A stretch of DNA of 64,000 nucleotides, from positions 87,358,001 through 87,422,000 of the forward strand of contig NC_042999.1 of assembly GCF_006345805.1 (NCBI RefSeq). The letters run 5' to 3'. Shown here one piece after another: positions 12,690 to 25,885 of the stretch. Made by a program: the position numbers and the translations under genes. Every line of letters starts with the position of its first letter. Within the stretch, counting starts at the first letter, position 1. This DNA comes from Octopus sinensis. Its lineage: Eukaryota. The notes beneath the pieces are model-generated. The model saw nothing but the letters and a program-made list of their open reading frames with translations. It was not told where the DNA came from and did not search any database.

Positions 12690-13484
12690 GCAAGGAACTT
12701 ATGTCAACATCAAAATGCACAAAAAACTTTTAGATGATTGCTCACACGGAGCCCATAGCGATAATGAGTGTCTCTTTAAAATATTCCTTTATAAAGAGTG
12801 ACGTCAAAATGGTTGGATGTAGAAGATTCTAGAAGGTTCTAAAGGTTCAAAGGTTCAAACGAATCATTTGCGCCACATGAGCTCATCCCCTCTTCATCTC
12901 TCCTCCTCCTCTCTCCTCTCACACCTACTTCCTCCCACCCACCTCTCCTCTCTTACTCTGGCACTTACTTCCTCTCTTCGTTTATATCCACCTTCTCCCT
13001 TACACCCTCTCCTTTCATCGTCACCCCTCCCTCATTACCCCATCCCTACACATTCCAACCCCACCATCCTTATACATTCCATACCACCCCATCCCTTAGA
13101 TCCCACTCTTGTTTCCCCATTCTCGCCTCCACCACACCCCACCACCACCACGCCACACTACAACACACACCACTACACCACACCACCGCACCACATCATC
13201 GATCCTAGTGCACACACTTGCACTGGCCACTTTCCAGCACATACACCATAATCCCTACACCTACACATGCACACACTCACACGTCGATGTCACCTTCCAC
13301 ACACACGCACTCGCACATATACGCTCTCACATACACACGCACGCGCACCTTCGTTTTGTTACTACTTTATTACCTCCCCTTCTTCCTAGTTCGCCTGTGT
13401 GACCCCTGTGTCCGGCATTCGCCATGATAGATCGCTAGCTACTATACCTTTTTCTATTTTCTCTCCCTGTTTATTTCTGTGTTC

Positions 13485-13782
13485 CTTTCTGTCGAAGAGC
13501 GTAGGCTCGAAACATAAAAGACTTTCTCACTTCCCGAGCGTTAAACTAATACATGTGGTTATTGTTTACACACCTGTCTTTTGTTTCTTCTTTGTAAATT
13601 CTCACTATATATATATATGCCATCTCTGAAAAGCGCAAGGTTACACAATCGGGCTGCTATGTAACACTCCGTTGAACCCCCTAAGGCGAAACCAATTGGT
13701 AAGATCGAGTGTAATATATATATATAATACTGTACACTTCGATTAATATATATATATATATACATGCACACATACATATATG

Positions 13783-13836
<54 letters not shown>

Positions 13837-14014
13837 ATATATATATAACGGGAAGCTTTATGAAAATAGACAAAAGACGAAGGCAGGTTTACGGAATTAA
13901 ACAAAAGACGAAGGCAGGTGGAATACAAACAAACAATTGTATTAGTATGGCGCTCAGGAAATATAAATGAAACAAGTCTTTAACGTTTCGAACCTACGCT
14001 CTTCAACAGAAAGA
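13485..14014. mobile_element. Inverted pair of Penelope-type terminal repeats with minimal hammerhead-like motifs (13485-13520 +, 13977-14014 -)
   Basis: CTTT-CTGTCGA-AGAGC-GTAG-GCTC-GAAA-CA-TA-AAAG and TCTTT-CTGTTGA-AGAGC-GTAG-GTTC-GAAA-CG-TT-AAAGA face each other around a TA array. Confidence 0.6.
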
Positions 14015-14126
14015 TACACAGAGAAAAAAAACACAGAAAGAAGGAGAGAAAAAAATGCGTGCAAAAGCTAGCGAATCAACATGGCGATCTGATTTCGGCC
14101 AGAAGTCAAAGATCAAACATGATACG

Positions 14127-14253
<127 letters not shown>

Positions 14254-14925
14254 TGTATGTATGTATGCATGTATGTATGTATGCATGTATGCATGTATGT
14301 TGTGCGTGTGACTAAGTGTTTATACATATATTGTACAAATTTGATTTATATTCGAACACGTATTAGTAGATTTTATAATTAGAATTTATAATAAACTGGT
14401 TAGAAAACTAATCAAGACATACTACAGCATAAATCAACACTAGAGTGAGAGATTACAAAAGTTACATCTTTAATTCAAAGAAAACACGCGAAAGGTATTC
14501 AATAACAGAACTTCCTTGTTTTGTTGCTATCGATTCGATATTTGGAAATGTGCTCACATGATTGAACATCGATTTCATATAGAATATTTTGATTACTAAA
14601 ACACATTTAAATATTTTTATGAGATTCTTGTGGCTATTTCTAACAATTTCTTTTCATAATGCATATTATAAGAATATTATTATATTAAAAATATTACAAA
14701 AGACTACATGAGGCGTGATCAAAAGAAAATTCGTGATCTTGGGAAATATTATTTTCAGAGGTAATTCTCATTTATATTCTTCAGAGTTAGTACGCCCTCC
14801 CCAACTCTTACATAACCATACACACATACAAAAAAAGTTTATCATTTCGCAGTTCATTGTTTCTCTTTCTACTCTCATATGAATCATTGTTTACAGTCTG
14901 CTGGTCGCTAAGAAGCCTATCGATT

Positions 14926-14981
<56 letters not shown>

Positions 14982-17323
14982 AATATACGTATACACACAC
15001 ACATGACTTGATGGACAGAAGTTGACTCTGTAACGATTATAACGAGCCGCAAAGTGACTTTTCCACCCAGCTGTTTATATATTCAGCTCTTAGCACAGCT
15101 ATAATATAAATATCTCTTCTCATGTAAATGTAGTGTAGAATCCTTCTGTGTACACACACACACACACACACACACAACTAATCTGTACTTTATCTGACAG
15201 GGATCTGAGCCATATTCTCTCTATAAAAGCAAACACTTTTTTAGAGTTAGGCCAAAAAAGATTGTGTAATAAAAATCCGTCCAACCAAATTTTCATATGG
15301 ACTTCACTTATATGATATTTAGATATACTTTGAATACTAATTACATGGATAATCTTTGTTAACTTCCAGCAAGAACCTACTTTATTCCTACTAAAATGCA
15401 GAAAGTACTCTTGAGACATATTCTCACACCCGTACTGCTGAGAAAATTAGGTTTCACTGATGGGGATTAATAAAACCGAAATCTTTCCAACTAACAAAGA
15501 ATAAACTTTTTATTATAAGCATGGAAATATAATTTTCTATAAAATGAATTCGTTAATCCTTGGAATAATTTTCCCCTTTTCTATGGCGTCGCTTTCAATC
15601 AACGCTAAATTTTTGTTCTTTTTCCCTAATAAACAAGCAGATTTAATTCATTTAGAGATTTTTGCACATATTATGCAGTGTCCAATAACCTTATATCTGA
15701 ATTATCTAAATTCATGTCGTTCTTCAACTTGAGAAAACGGTAGAGGATTAGGGGAAAAACGGGACGTAGTTCCTCTTGATGATGTCTTTAGCCACTGGAT
15801 CCTATAAAGGAACTGTTGAAGTAGCGAACTACAAAATGTGGTTGAAATTCCTAGCTCTCTTTTTTATAATCCTGCTGATCAAGAATAATCTTCAATATAC
15901 AATTTTGTTATGAAAAATTCGAATCGATTAATTCTCTTAAAGAAAAGTAAGGAAGTTCTGTTAATTGGATCCATTCACAGAAAAAATTCAACCAAGAATG
16001 TTATTTACCTCTTTGTAGCGCCACGTTCAATGCTTTCCATCTACTCTATGTTCCATATTACTGAAGGCACCAGCAGTGGTTAGTTCAGGACATGCAGCTG
16101 ACAGAAAAATAACAGCCAAACCTACCCACGGACAGTTTTAAGGCTCAGTGGGTAGTAATAAAACATACAAACACGAAAAAAATAACAACAAAATATATAT
16201 TAAAAAAATAATAAAATAAACAAGAAGAGTTACAATCGAAGCAAAAAGCAAAATACTGTTTGGGAAACGTCGGATATTTCCATATAACAGAATTGGTATT
16301 TTCTGCTTCCAGTAGTTCTCAGGTTAAACTCGTACTAAAACAGCAGTGTTAAATAACAAAAATATTTCAGGACAAATAAAACTGGAATTTTGAAGAAAGA
16401 AGTGTCTCTACTTAGTAGTATTATTAAATAAACAAAGAAAATATGAATTGGCAAGATAGTGAAAATATATAAGAATACATCAGAGGTATTTATAAACATT
16501 GGTATAAGTGGATATTTGATGATAAATAACTGTGATCTCAATATATACTCATGGAAAAATGCACCGATGCTGTAAAATCAGAAATTATTTTCAAGTAGTA
16601 ATAATGGCTGTTGCAGCTGACTGTAACTTAAAAGTAAATTATTGCAATAGTATTTCCCTCTTGGTTTCTGAAAAGAACCAGTTTCTGACACGCACGCACA
16701 TATAGAGATTCTCAGAAGCACACAGAACACGTATTTATGCACATGCATGCGCGGTCTCACGCACTCACGTACACATACACACGTAAACACACAAACACAC
16801 ACACAGATACGTAATAAATATGAGTGTATGTATATCGCCTACAGGGACAGGTTAGATGATTCCAAAATTAGGGAGACTGACACTTTGAGGTTAAAGTCGT
16901 TCTAGAACAGTAGTATTAAATAATTAAAAATACCCCAGAACAAAGAGAAAACTTTGGAATATTGAAGAAAGGTTCTCTTTTCTTATTAGTACATTAAATA
17001 AAGAAAACACGAATTGCCAAGTTGGTTAAAATGTATAAGAATATATTTGTAAACGTGTCATATGTATATAGTACACAAGTAAGGAATATCATACATACAT
17101 CTGTACACACACACACACACACGCACGCACACACACACACATACACACACACACGCACACATACACACATGTCTATCTATCCATCCCTCCATCCATCCAT
17201 CCGTCCGTCCGTCCGTCCGTTCAAGTGTCTGTCTGTTTGCTTATGTATGTATGTATGTATGCATGTATGTATGTATGTATGTATGTATGTATGTATGTAT
17301 GTATGTATCTATCTATCTATCTA

Positions 17324-17371
<48 letters not shown>

Positions 17372-17391
17372 GCTATCTATCTATCTGTCTA

Positions 17392-17477
<86 letters not shown>

Positions 17478-18181
17478 ATCATGTGCTGCACCTGTTCTCA
17501 AGTTGTCTGCGACGAAGCACCTCCATGCCAAAGTCTGAAGATTTAACATTTTTGTAAAGAAAGATCAAACAAAACTTCCTTCCTTGTTACATTCTTCCGG
17601 TTTATTTACAGTTTTCTCTGTTAGTCCCCCTGCTCTCTTGACCCTTCACTTGAGTCGTAGTACCTATTTAACCCTTATTACGGGCTACAGGTTCACGTAA
17701 TGTCAGGGCCTGTCCACTCGCGGCGGGACTCTATGACACATGTCTTACAGACTAACTTTCATTCGATTTCTGTGTGCATTTGTTACTGGATCATTTTCTA
17801 CCCATAATTGGGCTCCTTGACAGGTGCTGCTACTCTTAGCTGGAGCAGATTCACATCTAAGTGACGGCTAAGCAGTAACTCCATACTCTCCAAAACTCTT
17901 GAACTCTTGAGATGGACGTTCACTACCAGATGCACCTTACTTTAATGACTTGCCCACTCTGTTACTCTTTTATCCTTTTATGTGTTTCAGCCCAAAGCTT
18001 GCGGTCATGCTGGTGCACTGACAGTCTCATCACCTTTTGAATGACCATTCCTATGTTGTTGGCTTTTGGTAGATGAAAAATTTTGATATTACTGCCCTCG
18101 TTTGAGTTTCTTGCTGTGATGTAGGCTCTACTGAGACCTTGGACAGTAGAAGGTCATGGCGCTTCTTGAAAACATCAATCC

Positions 18182-18314
<133 letters not shown>

Positions 18315-18399
18315 GCATATATATAAAAAACTTACAAACTTAGATATGTTTCAACCAAAGACTGGTCCAGACCATGTCTAACTTAATAGCACCACCTGA

Positions 18400-18744
18400 T
18401 AGGATTATCTAAATCCTTTTTAAGTCAAGTTTTGTTTATGGTCCATTCAAGTAGTAAGTTCTTGTTGAGTGAGTTGTATCCAGGTATAGGTGGCTTATCT
18501 CGTATTCCTTGAAGAAATCTGTCCAGACTCCATTTAAAGGTGATGGGATCCTTTTCCTCTTTAATCAGTTTTGGGACAATGTTAAACAGGGCAGGGCCTG
18601 TTGAGGAAAAGAAATTATGTCGCAGTGTACCTATATGTTGTGATCCTGAATTGGGCAGGGGACGTATGGCCCATGGTCCTAGCCTTAGATGAACCTTGAA
18701 ACTAATGTTCAGGTCATTTGGGCAATGCTGGCGGTATATTCTCC

Positions 18745-18750
<6 letters not shown>
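18400..18750 (-). mobile_element. CR1-type LINE 3' fragment
   Basis: TLRHNFFSSTGPALFNIVPK...FKWSLDRFLQGIRDKPPIPGY resembles the C-terminus of the CR1 ORF2 at 24750-25100. A similar tail fragment lies at ~18050-18180. Confidence 0.7.
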
Positions 18751-18783
<33 letters not shown>

Positions 18784-18848
18784 TATATTATATATATATA
18801 CACACATACATACATACATACATATATATATATGTATGTATGTATGTA

Positions 18849-18893
<45 letters not shown>

Positions 18894-19757
18894 AAAAGCA
18901 ATATGTGCAAAAACAGTCTGTATCTGTCCGCCTATGTATCACTCATTTTCTTTCTCTCTCTGTCTCGCTCTCTCTTTCGCTCTCGCCATATATATGTGTG
19001 TGTGCGTGTATATGCAGACATATACGTGTGTGGGGGTTTAAATCCATACGCACATTTACGTTCATACACGCTTATGTATGCAATAATAATGATAATAAAA
19101 TGAAGAAGTAGGACAATAATTAACATATTCATAAAAAGAAAATCGTTTACAAAGAACAATTATCAGAAAATCATCTAGAACTTTAAAACGGACTGTTGTA
19201 TTTGATGTCTCTATTGAAAGTTGTTTATCTAAGTAAATTTATGGGTGCCTAGAACTGTAAAATGTGTTTTCAAACAGACTCATAAACACTCTATGTAACA
19301 ATAAAGTAATTATAAAACATAGAAAGATAGGAATTGCATAGAGGGAATTATGTAGAGTTGCATTATTTTTGTTAAGTCTTTATACCTCTTCTGTATTACA
19401 ACGACTGTTGTAAATACGTGTCACAGAAAATGAAAACTGGTGTGCATGGTGATCAAATAACAATGAAGCGGTTATGGCGGTAGCATTATAATAAACAAAT
19501 CACATTAGCAACAATTGCTACATAAGGCATTAGTTTCAAAGGTAAAACAATAATTTTTTTTAGTAAAAATGCATATTTTCAACGTTTTAATTCTCAACGG
19601 AGCAAGAAAGAATAGAGAGAAAAAAATAACAAAACAAAACAAATCAACTGCAAGACAACAACGAAGCTGAAATAATTCATTTTCTTTTTGTTTTTTACAT
19701 CTGACAAAGGAATTTGTTCCCAACAGTTAAAAGTACTTGGTTTTTTTCTTGACCAAA

Positions 19758-19800
<43 letters not shown>

Positions 19801-19937
19801 CAGTGGTGACGATGACGCCGACGCCGGCGCCGCCGATGATGATATTAAATACTTATTTCTTCTATCTTATCACATTGAATCATATTCCAGCATATTTTGT
19901 TTTCTGATTTTGGGTGTTGCACTGCACTGCGCACACT

Positions 19938-20051
<114 letters not shown>

Positions 20052-20488
20052 CAGCTTTATTGTAGATATATTTCATATACAATTTTGTCTGTTTTTCTTT
20101 TAAAGGAATTATTGAATGTTCACAAAGTTTGTTCTGAATCAAGATTAGTTTGTTAAGGTACAACTTTATCTGAAATATATTGATTAAAAAAAACGTAAAA
20201 TCACAAATAAACTTTATATGTATTCCCTCTTCTCCCCACTCTTCCAAAAGAAAAATAAAGAGACCCCACTTCTTTTTTGTATTTTCAGTGTAAAAAAGTC
20301 AGACCAAGACGCCAATCATATGATTTGTGACTGAAAGAAAACTGACAACACACACACACACACGCATAAACACACACGCACACACACACACACACAGAGA
20401 ATAATAGAAGTAGTAATAATAAGGATTATGACGAAGTAGCATTAGCATTACCTTTAATTCACATTTATATATAAATACAACCTCAAAC

Positions 20489-20574
20489 AGACCTACATAT
20501 GTTTCGACTGCATCGGTTAGCAACCGTTGCAATTGCGACTGTACTATGCTATCGATGTAGCTTCTTCAGGGTCT
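20489..20574 (-). ncRNA. Type I hammerhead ribozyme motif (sense to the AChE intron)
   Basis: AGACC-CTGAAGA-AGCTACATCG...CGATGCAGTC-GAAA-CATATG-TA-GGTCT. Stem I is 5 bp and the site is GUA. The first stem II pair is an A.C mismatch. Confidence 0.7.
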
Positions 20575-20580
20575 TCACTG

Positions 20581-20683
<103 letters not shown>

Positions 20684-21186
20684 TATAAAAAGGTGCGACA
20701 CTGTGTATTAGCAATTGGTTGATAACTGATGAAGAATTAGGGATCTTCTGTGTTTGTCTCCCGTCCGGTTTTACACTGACTATACGTTATGTCGTATGTT
20801 TATTTACCATGCATTTTTCATTTATTGTGTGTGTATGTATGTATGTATGTATGTATGTATGTATATATATTTTATGCATACGTACACACATGTATGCATA
20901 CTATACTATAGTAGGAAAGGATGCGATCAAGAGCGACAACTTTACTGTTCAGGTTCAGCTCATATTTGAATATGGTAACTACATGTTTGTAACTTGTATT
21001 TCTGATCTTCCTGAAGCAGTTTTCGGATTGACTATGCGTGCTGTACTTATGAAGTGCATCTAATGATCGTATTTATAGTGTAACATTAAGTACTACCGAA
21101 TATTGAAACATATGTAATTGATAAAATAAAGCAAGACCTAGTTCAAGCCCATATTCTTTTCTCACATTATATATATATAATGGAAT

Positions 21187-21278
21187 TAGTAGAAGAAATA
21201 GCTATAACCCTTTGACTGCTATTTCTAAATTCGGTATGTGGTAAGGCAATTCGTTGCTAAACCCTTTATTGCTTAGTA
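21187..21278 (+). repeat. Partial copy of the terminal repeat of the 34401-35160 element
   Basis: tagtagaagaaatagctataac...aaaccctttattgcttagta matches the repeat at 34479-34570 with one substitution; TA arrays lie on both sides. Confidence 0.9.
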
Positions 21279-22499
21279 TATATATATATATATATATATA
21301 TATAATGGAATTTTACTTTAATTCGTCCAGAAGATACGGAGTTCATCTCTAATAAGCCGTTTATATGTTGATTTCAAGCAGAAAACATCAATTCACATAA
21401 AATAAAAGCTGAATTTGTGATTATATTGAGAATTTCATCCGAGTAAGGATACAAGCATATACAAGACAGACAACATACATTGCAAGCAGTACGTTTAGAA
21501 GATAGAACAGGTACGCCCATTCTGATAATGCATAGGAAATACTTAATTTGGAGTTTGGTTAGTACTGATAGTAAAAAGATGAGAGTTCATGTATGGAGAA
21601 TATTTGATGTATAAAGGAGCCACAGGTTATAGATAAGGGACAGTACTGATAATATATTACACAAAGTAACCAAGTAAGCATCGGCTAGCCGAATGGATAG
21701 CTTACTGTTCTTGGACTAAATTCAAATGGTTTCCTTGTAGAGTATTTATTCCATGTCGTAGGATTGACAGAATGGCAATATCTTAATTTTTTTTATTAGT
21801 GTGGTCCACTTCTCGAGAAAGGTGACCCAAGTCTACTTTATTCAATAAGCTTCAATTTATTTTGATTTTGTATTTCGTTTTGCAAAATTCTTGATATGTC
21901 GTGAATTGAAACATATTTTGATATAGATTAGGTTCCATTTCTCGTTATTTTTTTATATTAGTGAATTGGTTAATTATTTAATCAATCAACTAATCGATTG
22001 TCTGAGGAAGAGTTCGCTCAGTCAATCAACTAGGTTTCTTAAAATAGACCTGGCATTCATGGGGGAGGGTCATTAATGGCTTAGCATATTAACTAATTGG
22101 CCAAATCCTTGCTCAAACAACGAGTTGGTTAATTGGTTAACCAATTGACAAATGAAAAATAAAGAAATGAAAAAGAATCAGTGCGCATGTTTATCATTGA
22201 CATACAACAAAATTCATTTTTTTTTTGTCTGTCGAATATAAATCGGAAACATCAGCTAACACAATGAAGGAATGCTAACCAAATCTACCAAGCTACCAAA
22301 CACCGTATGAATTTTTAAACACTCTCTATAGAAACACTGTAAGTTTATCTGTAAATGAATTTGTCGAGTAATTAGGTAGAGAGAAGTCTGCAGCAATTCG
22401 AGCAGGGAGATTATGTTCAGGTGAATGCCTCGAATAAACTTTTATCCGAATCCTGTATTCTTTTCTAATTTTAGATAATATCTTAAATTAGAAACCACA

Positions 22500-25210
22500 T
22501 GACTGATGACTGACAGCCAAAAGAAAAAAAAGTCAGATAATACAGCAGTTGGCATGGTTGCAAACAAAACTAAGCCATGCCCACCCACGCACAAGACCGT
22601 CACAAATAACAGACCCAGGATGGCCATAATTTCTGCGAAGTCGACCATCACACCATTTCTAATAAATATTAGAGGCTTCCTACAAAACAACAGTAAACGC
22701 AAAATTGCGTTCCTGAGGGATCTTTGTGCATGCAATCAAGCAATATGCATTATGCTTACGGAGCCAGCTCTCTGCTGACATAAATGATGCAGAGATACAC
22801 GTACTAATGTATACAGTATTCCGCGCAGACAGAAGAGAAAAAGTTACGGTGGAAATGCACTATACAGCCGGGAAGATGTCACACCACTAACTCTGTCGTT
22901 ACATTCAAACTCAGTCTGTGACACTCTCATTGTGCATTTAAAGTACCTTGACGTGGTAATATGCATATTATATCGCCCACCCATGCTTCAAATCACGGTC
23001 GGAACACGACATGACCTTGTGAATGACACTCAAAGAGAACAGAATCTCTACTTGATCTCATGAAAATGCTGTTCATAGAGCAAACCATACTCTCCCTAAC
23101 TAGAAACAATACCATATTAGATCTCTGTTTCACCAACAACATGCAACTTATCCACAATGTGAAGATATCACTGACAATCTTCTCAGTTTACAACATAATA
23201 GAACTGACGATGTATGGTCCAAGATTAATTAACGATGTATTCTCACAAATGGCCCTCAATCGCTATTCAGGCTGAATTCCTACAAGGCTGACTGGAAGTC
23301 AATTGAAAAACAGATGCTCCAAAAGAATTGGCTTAAAAGTTTCTCTATGCAACACATTGATATGAAATTTAAAGAATCCATGTCAATAATCCTCTCTATT
23401 AAAGGCGCAAGGCCTGAAATTCGAGGCGAGTGGGTTAGACGATTATATTGACCACAGAGTTCAACTGGTACTCATTTTGATCGACCCCAAGAGGATGAAA
23501 GGCAAAGTCGACCTCGGCGGAATTTGAACTCAGAACGTAAAAACGGACGAAATGCCGCAAAGCATATGCAAATAAGCAAGCTTGATGAATTTTCCAACAC
23601 CGCACATCAACATGGAAAAGAGTCAACCATCGATTACACCAATATAAAAGAAGAAGATGTAATACAGGCCATTGATGAGATTAATTCGAACTCAACAATG
23701 GGCTCAGACTGATTTTCGGTATTTCTTTTAAATATATGCAAGAAAACGCCCGCAAAACTACAGCAAATAATTTTTCAGAGTTTCCTTACATGTGGTAAAC
23801 ATCTAAAACAGTTAAAAAGAAGGTATCGTATGCTCTGTCCACAAAGGAGGAAGTAGAGCGGATACCAAAAATTACAGGCCTATCTCTCTGTTAGCAAGGT
23901 CATGCAACGCATTTTCATATGGAGACTGAACATGTGCCATGAAGAAAGTAAATTGCTCACAACCAGACATGACTTCCGTCTAGGGAGGAGCTGTCCAACA
24001 CAACTATTACAGCATTATGACAGGGTAGTGAAACTACAACTTAACCACTCTCAAATGTGGATGTGATATAGCTCGACTTTGCCAAGGCCTTTGATAAGGT
24101 TGATCATAAGGCGACATGTCACAAACTGCGTGACCTTGGTATTGCTGGAAAACTAAGAGAGTGGCTGAGGAGACAACAATTCTCAGAGGAGTCTTTCAAG
24201 GAACTGTACTAGAACCACTACCATTTATGGTAGCTCTCACAAAAATGTCCTCAGACATACAGTCAGCCACTCTAACCAGCTATTCTGATGATACAAAAAT
24301 ATCGCAGGCGGTCAAAGACCTTGCAGATATACTAAAACAACCTGTAAAAACGACCTAAATGCAATATACCAATGGGCGAATGAAAATAACATGCACTGCA
24401 ATGCTGAGAAGTTTCAAGCACTCCACTATCGGCCAACAAACATACTACAGGAGGTAGTGCAACCGCACTGACAGAGTCGGTGAATGGCCTGGAATACACA
24501 TGAGTAATGATGCAACATTCCATATGCATATTACCAAGATGGCAACACTGCAGGTGAGCAGCTGGGTGGATTCTGAGATAATTCAGAACCAGGAAAAAGG
24601 ATACCATGTTACGCCTATGGGGAGCTTCCAACTGTGGTCAGCGCAGTGCCTCAAAGTGGTAGAGAAACTTGATGTAATCCAGCGCCACTACACAAAGAAG
24701 ACTGACTCGCTGAAACGAGCTACTGAGAGAGTTTAAAGGAAATGAAACTCTACTCCCTAGAAAGAAGACGTAAAAGATATGCATTGATAATTATATGGGA
24801 TATTCTGGAAGGTCTAACATCCAACTTTGAAAGCTGTACCAACCATCGAATTGGATGGCACTGCATGGTACCAAAGACCCTGTCTTTTCTATCTCGAATA
24901 AGGAACCAGTACTGTAACAGTTTGGGCTTCAAGGACCCACAACTACTTAACATTCTGTCAAACAATCTCAGAGACTTGCCAAGCGCAGATGTGGAGGTTT
25001 GAAAAGAGCGTCTGGGTACATTTTTATCTAAGACACCAGATGAACTCACATCGCAGCAGGAAGCGCAAAGAAGAGCAGCTTCGTCCAACTCATTACTTCA
25101 CCAGAAACGTACAAAAAAGAAACCCAACCACACTGAAAGGCGGTGCTACAGCATGGCTTCAGCTTCTGGCTGAAACAGTAAACGATAAAAGAAAATATGA
25201 AAGATAAAAG
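22500..25210 (+). mobile_element. Degenerate CR1-clade LINE (APE endonuclease + RT), near full-length ORF2
   Basis: APE-like INIRG...TE...YRPP; RT NYRPISLL, LDFAKAFDKVDH, GVFQGTVLEP, YSDDTK; C-terminal LYSLERRRKRY. Many stops and frameshifts. A SINE fragment is nested at ~23417-23553. Boundaries approximate. Confidence 0.88.
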
Positions 25211-25281
25211 GTATTACGAAAATGTAATTACATTCAACCACACGGATAAAATATGATAACCCTCATATTTTATATATATAT

Positions 25282-25331
<50 letters not shown>

Positions 25332-25715
25332 TATGTGTGTGTGTGTGTGTGTGCGTGTGTGCGTGCGTGCGTGTGTATTTATATATGTGTATATATATAT
25401 GTATATATGTGTGTGTATATATGTATATATATATACAGACACATAGACACATGCGCATACACAAACACACAGAGGCACAACGACATCTACATAATGTACA
25501 TCCTGATTATAATGTCTTGCAGAAAATCACCCTGAGGTTAGTATTTCTATTCGAATATATAATTAATTATTTGCGAATTGGATATGTAACATATAAAACG
25601 CAATATGTGTCCCGTCGGTCACGCTGGGACACACTTTTCATCACTGAAATTTCATGTCTGAGTAACCTTTACTCTTGCAGTAATAGCATTATGGAATACA
25701 ATAATCCCTCGACTA

Positions 25716-25885
25716 TCACGGCTGGTAATTGTTTGAACAACAAAAGCCGACATAGAAAATCAGTTGTAGCAACCGCAGCAGGAACAGGAATAGCAGAAGA
25801 AAGAGCAATCTAATGAAACCTGAAAATCGTGCTGGGGTGTACACCGCCATTGGTAAGTGGAGAAGGGCTACTGTTGTGCTCACTG
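25716..25885 (-). CDS. Candidate alternative hydrophobic (H-like or membrane-anchor) terminal exon of AChE: SVSTTVALLHLPMAVYTPARFSGFIRLLFLLLFLFLLRLLQLIFYVGFCCSNNYQP*
   Basis: Non-repetitive island in the AChE intron. The first AG after a pyrimidine-rich, AG-free stretch (ataacag|CAG, NAGNAG) is phase-1 compatible with the 46773 donor and opens into a strongly hydrophobic frame. No nearby AATAAA seen. Confidence 0.3.
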
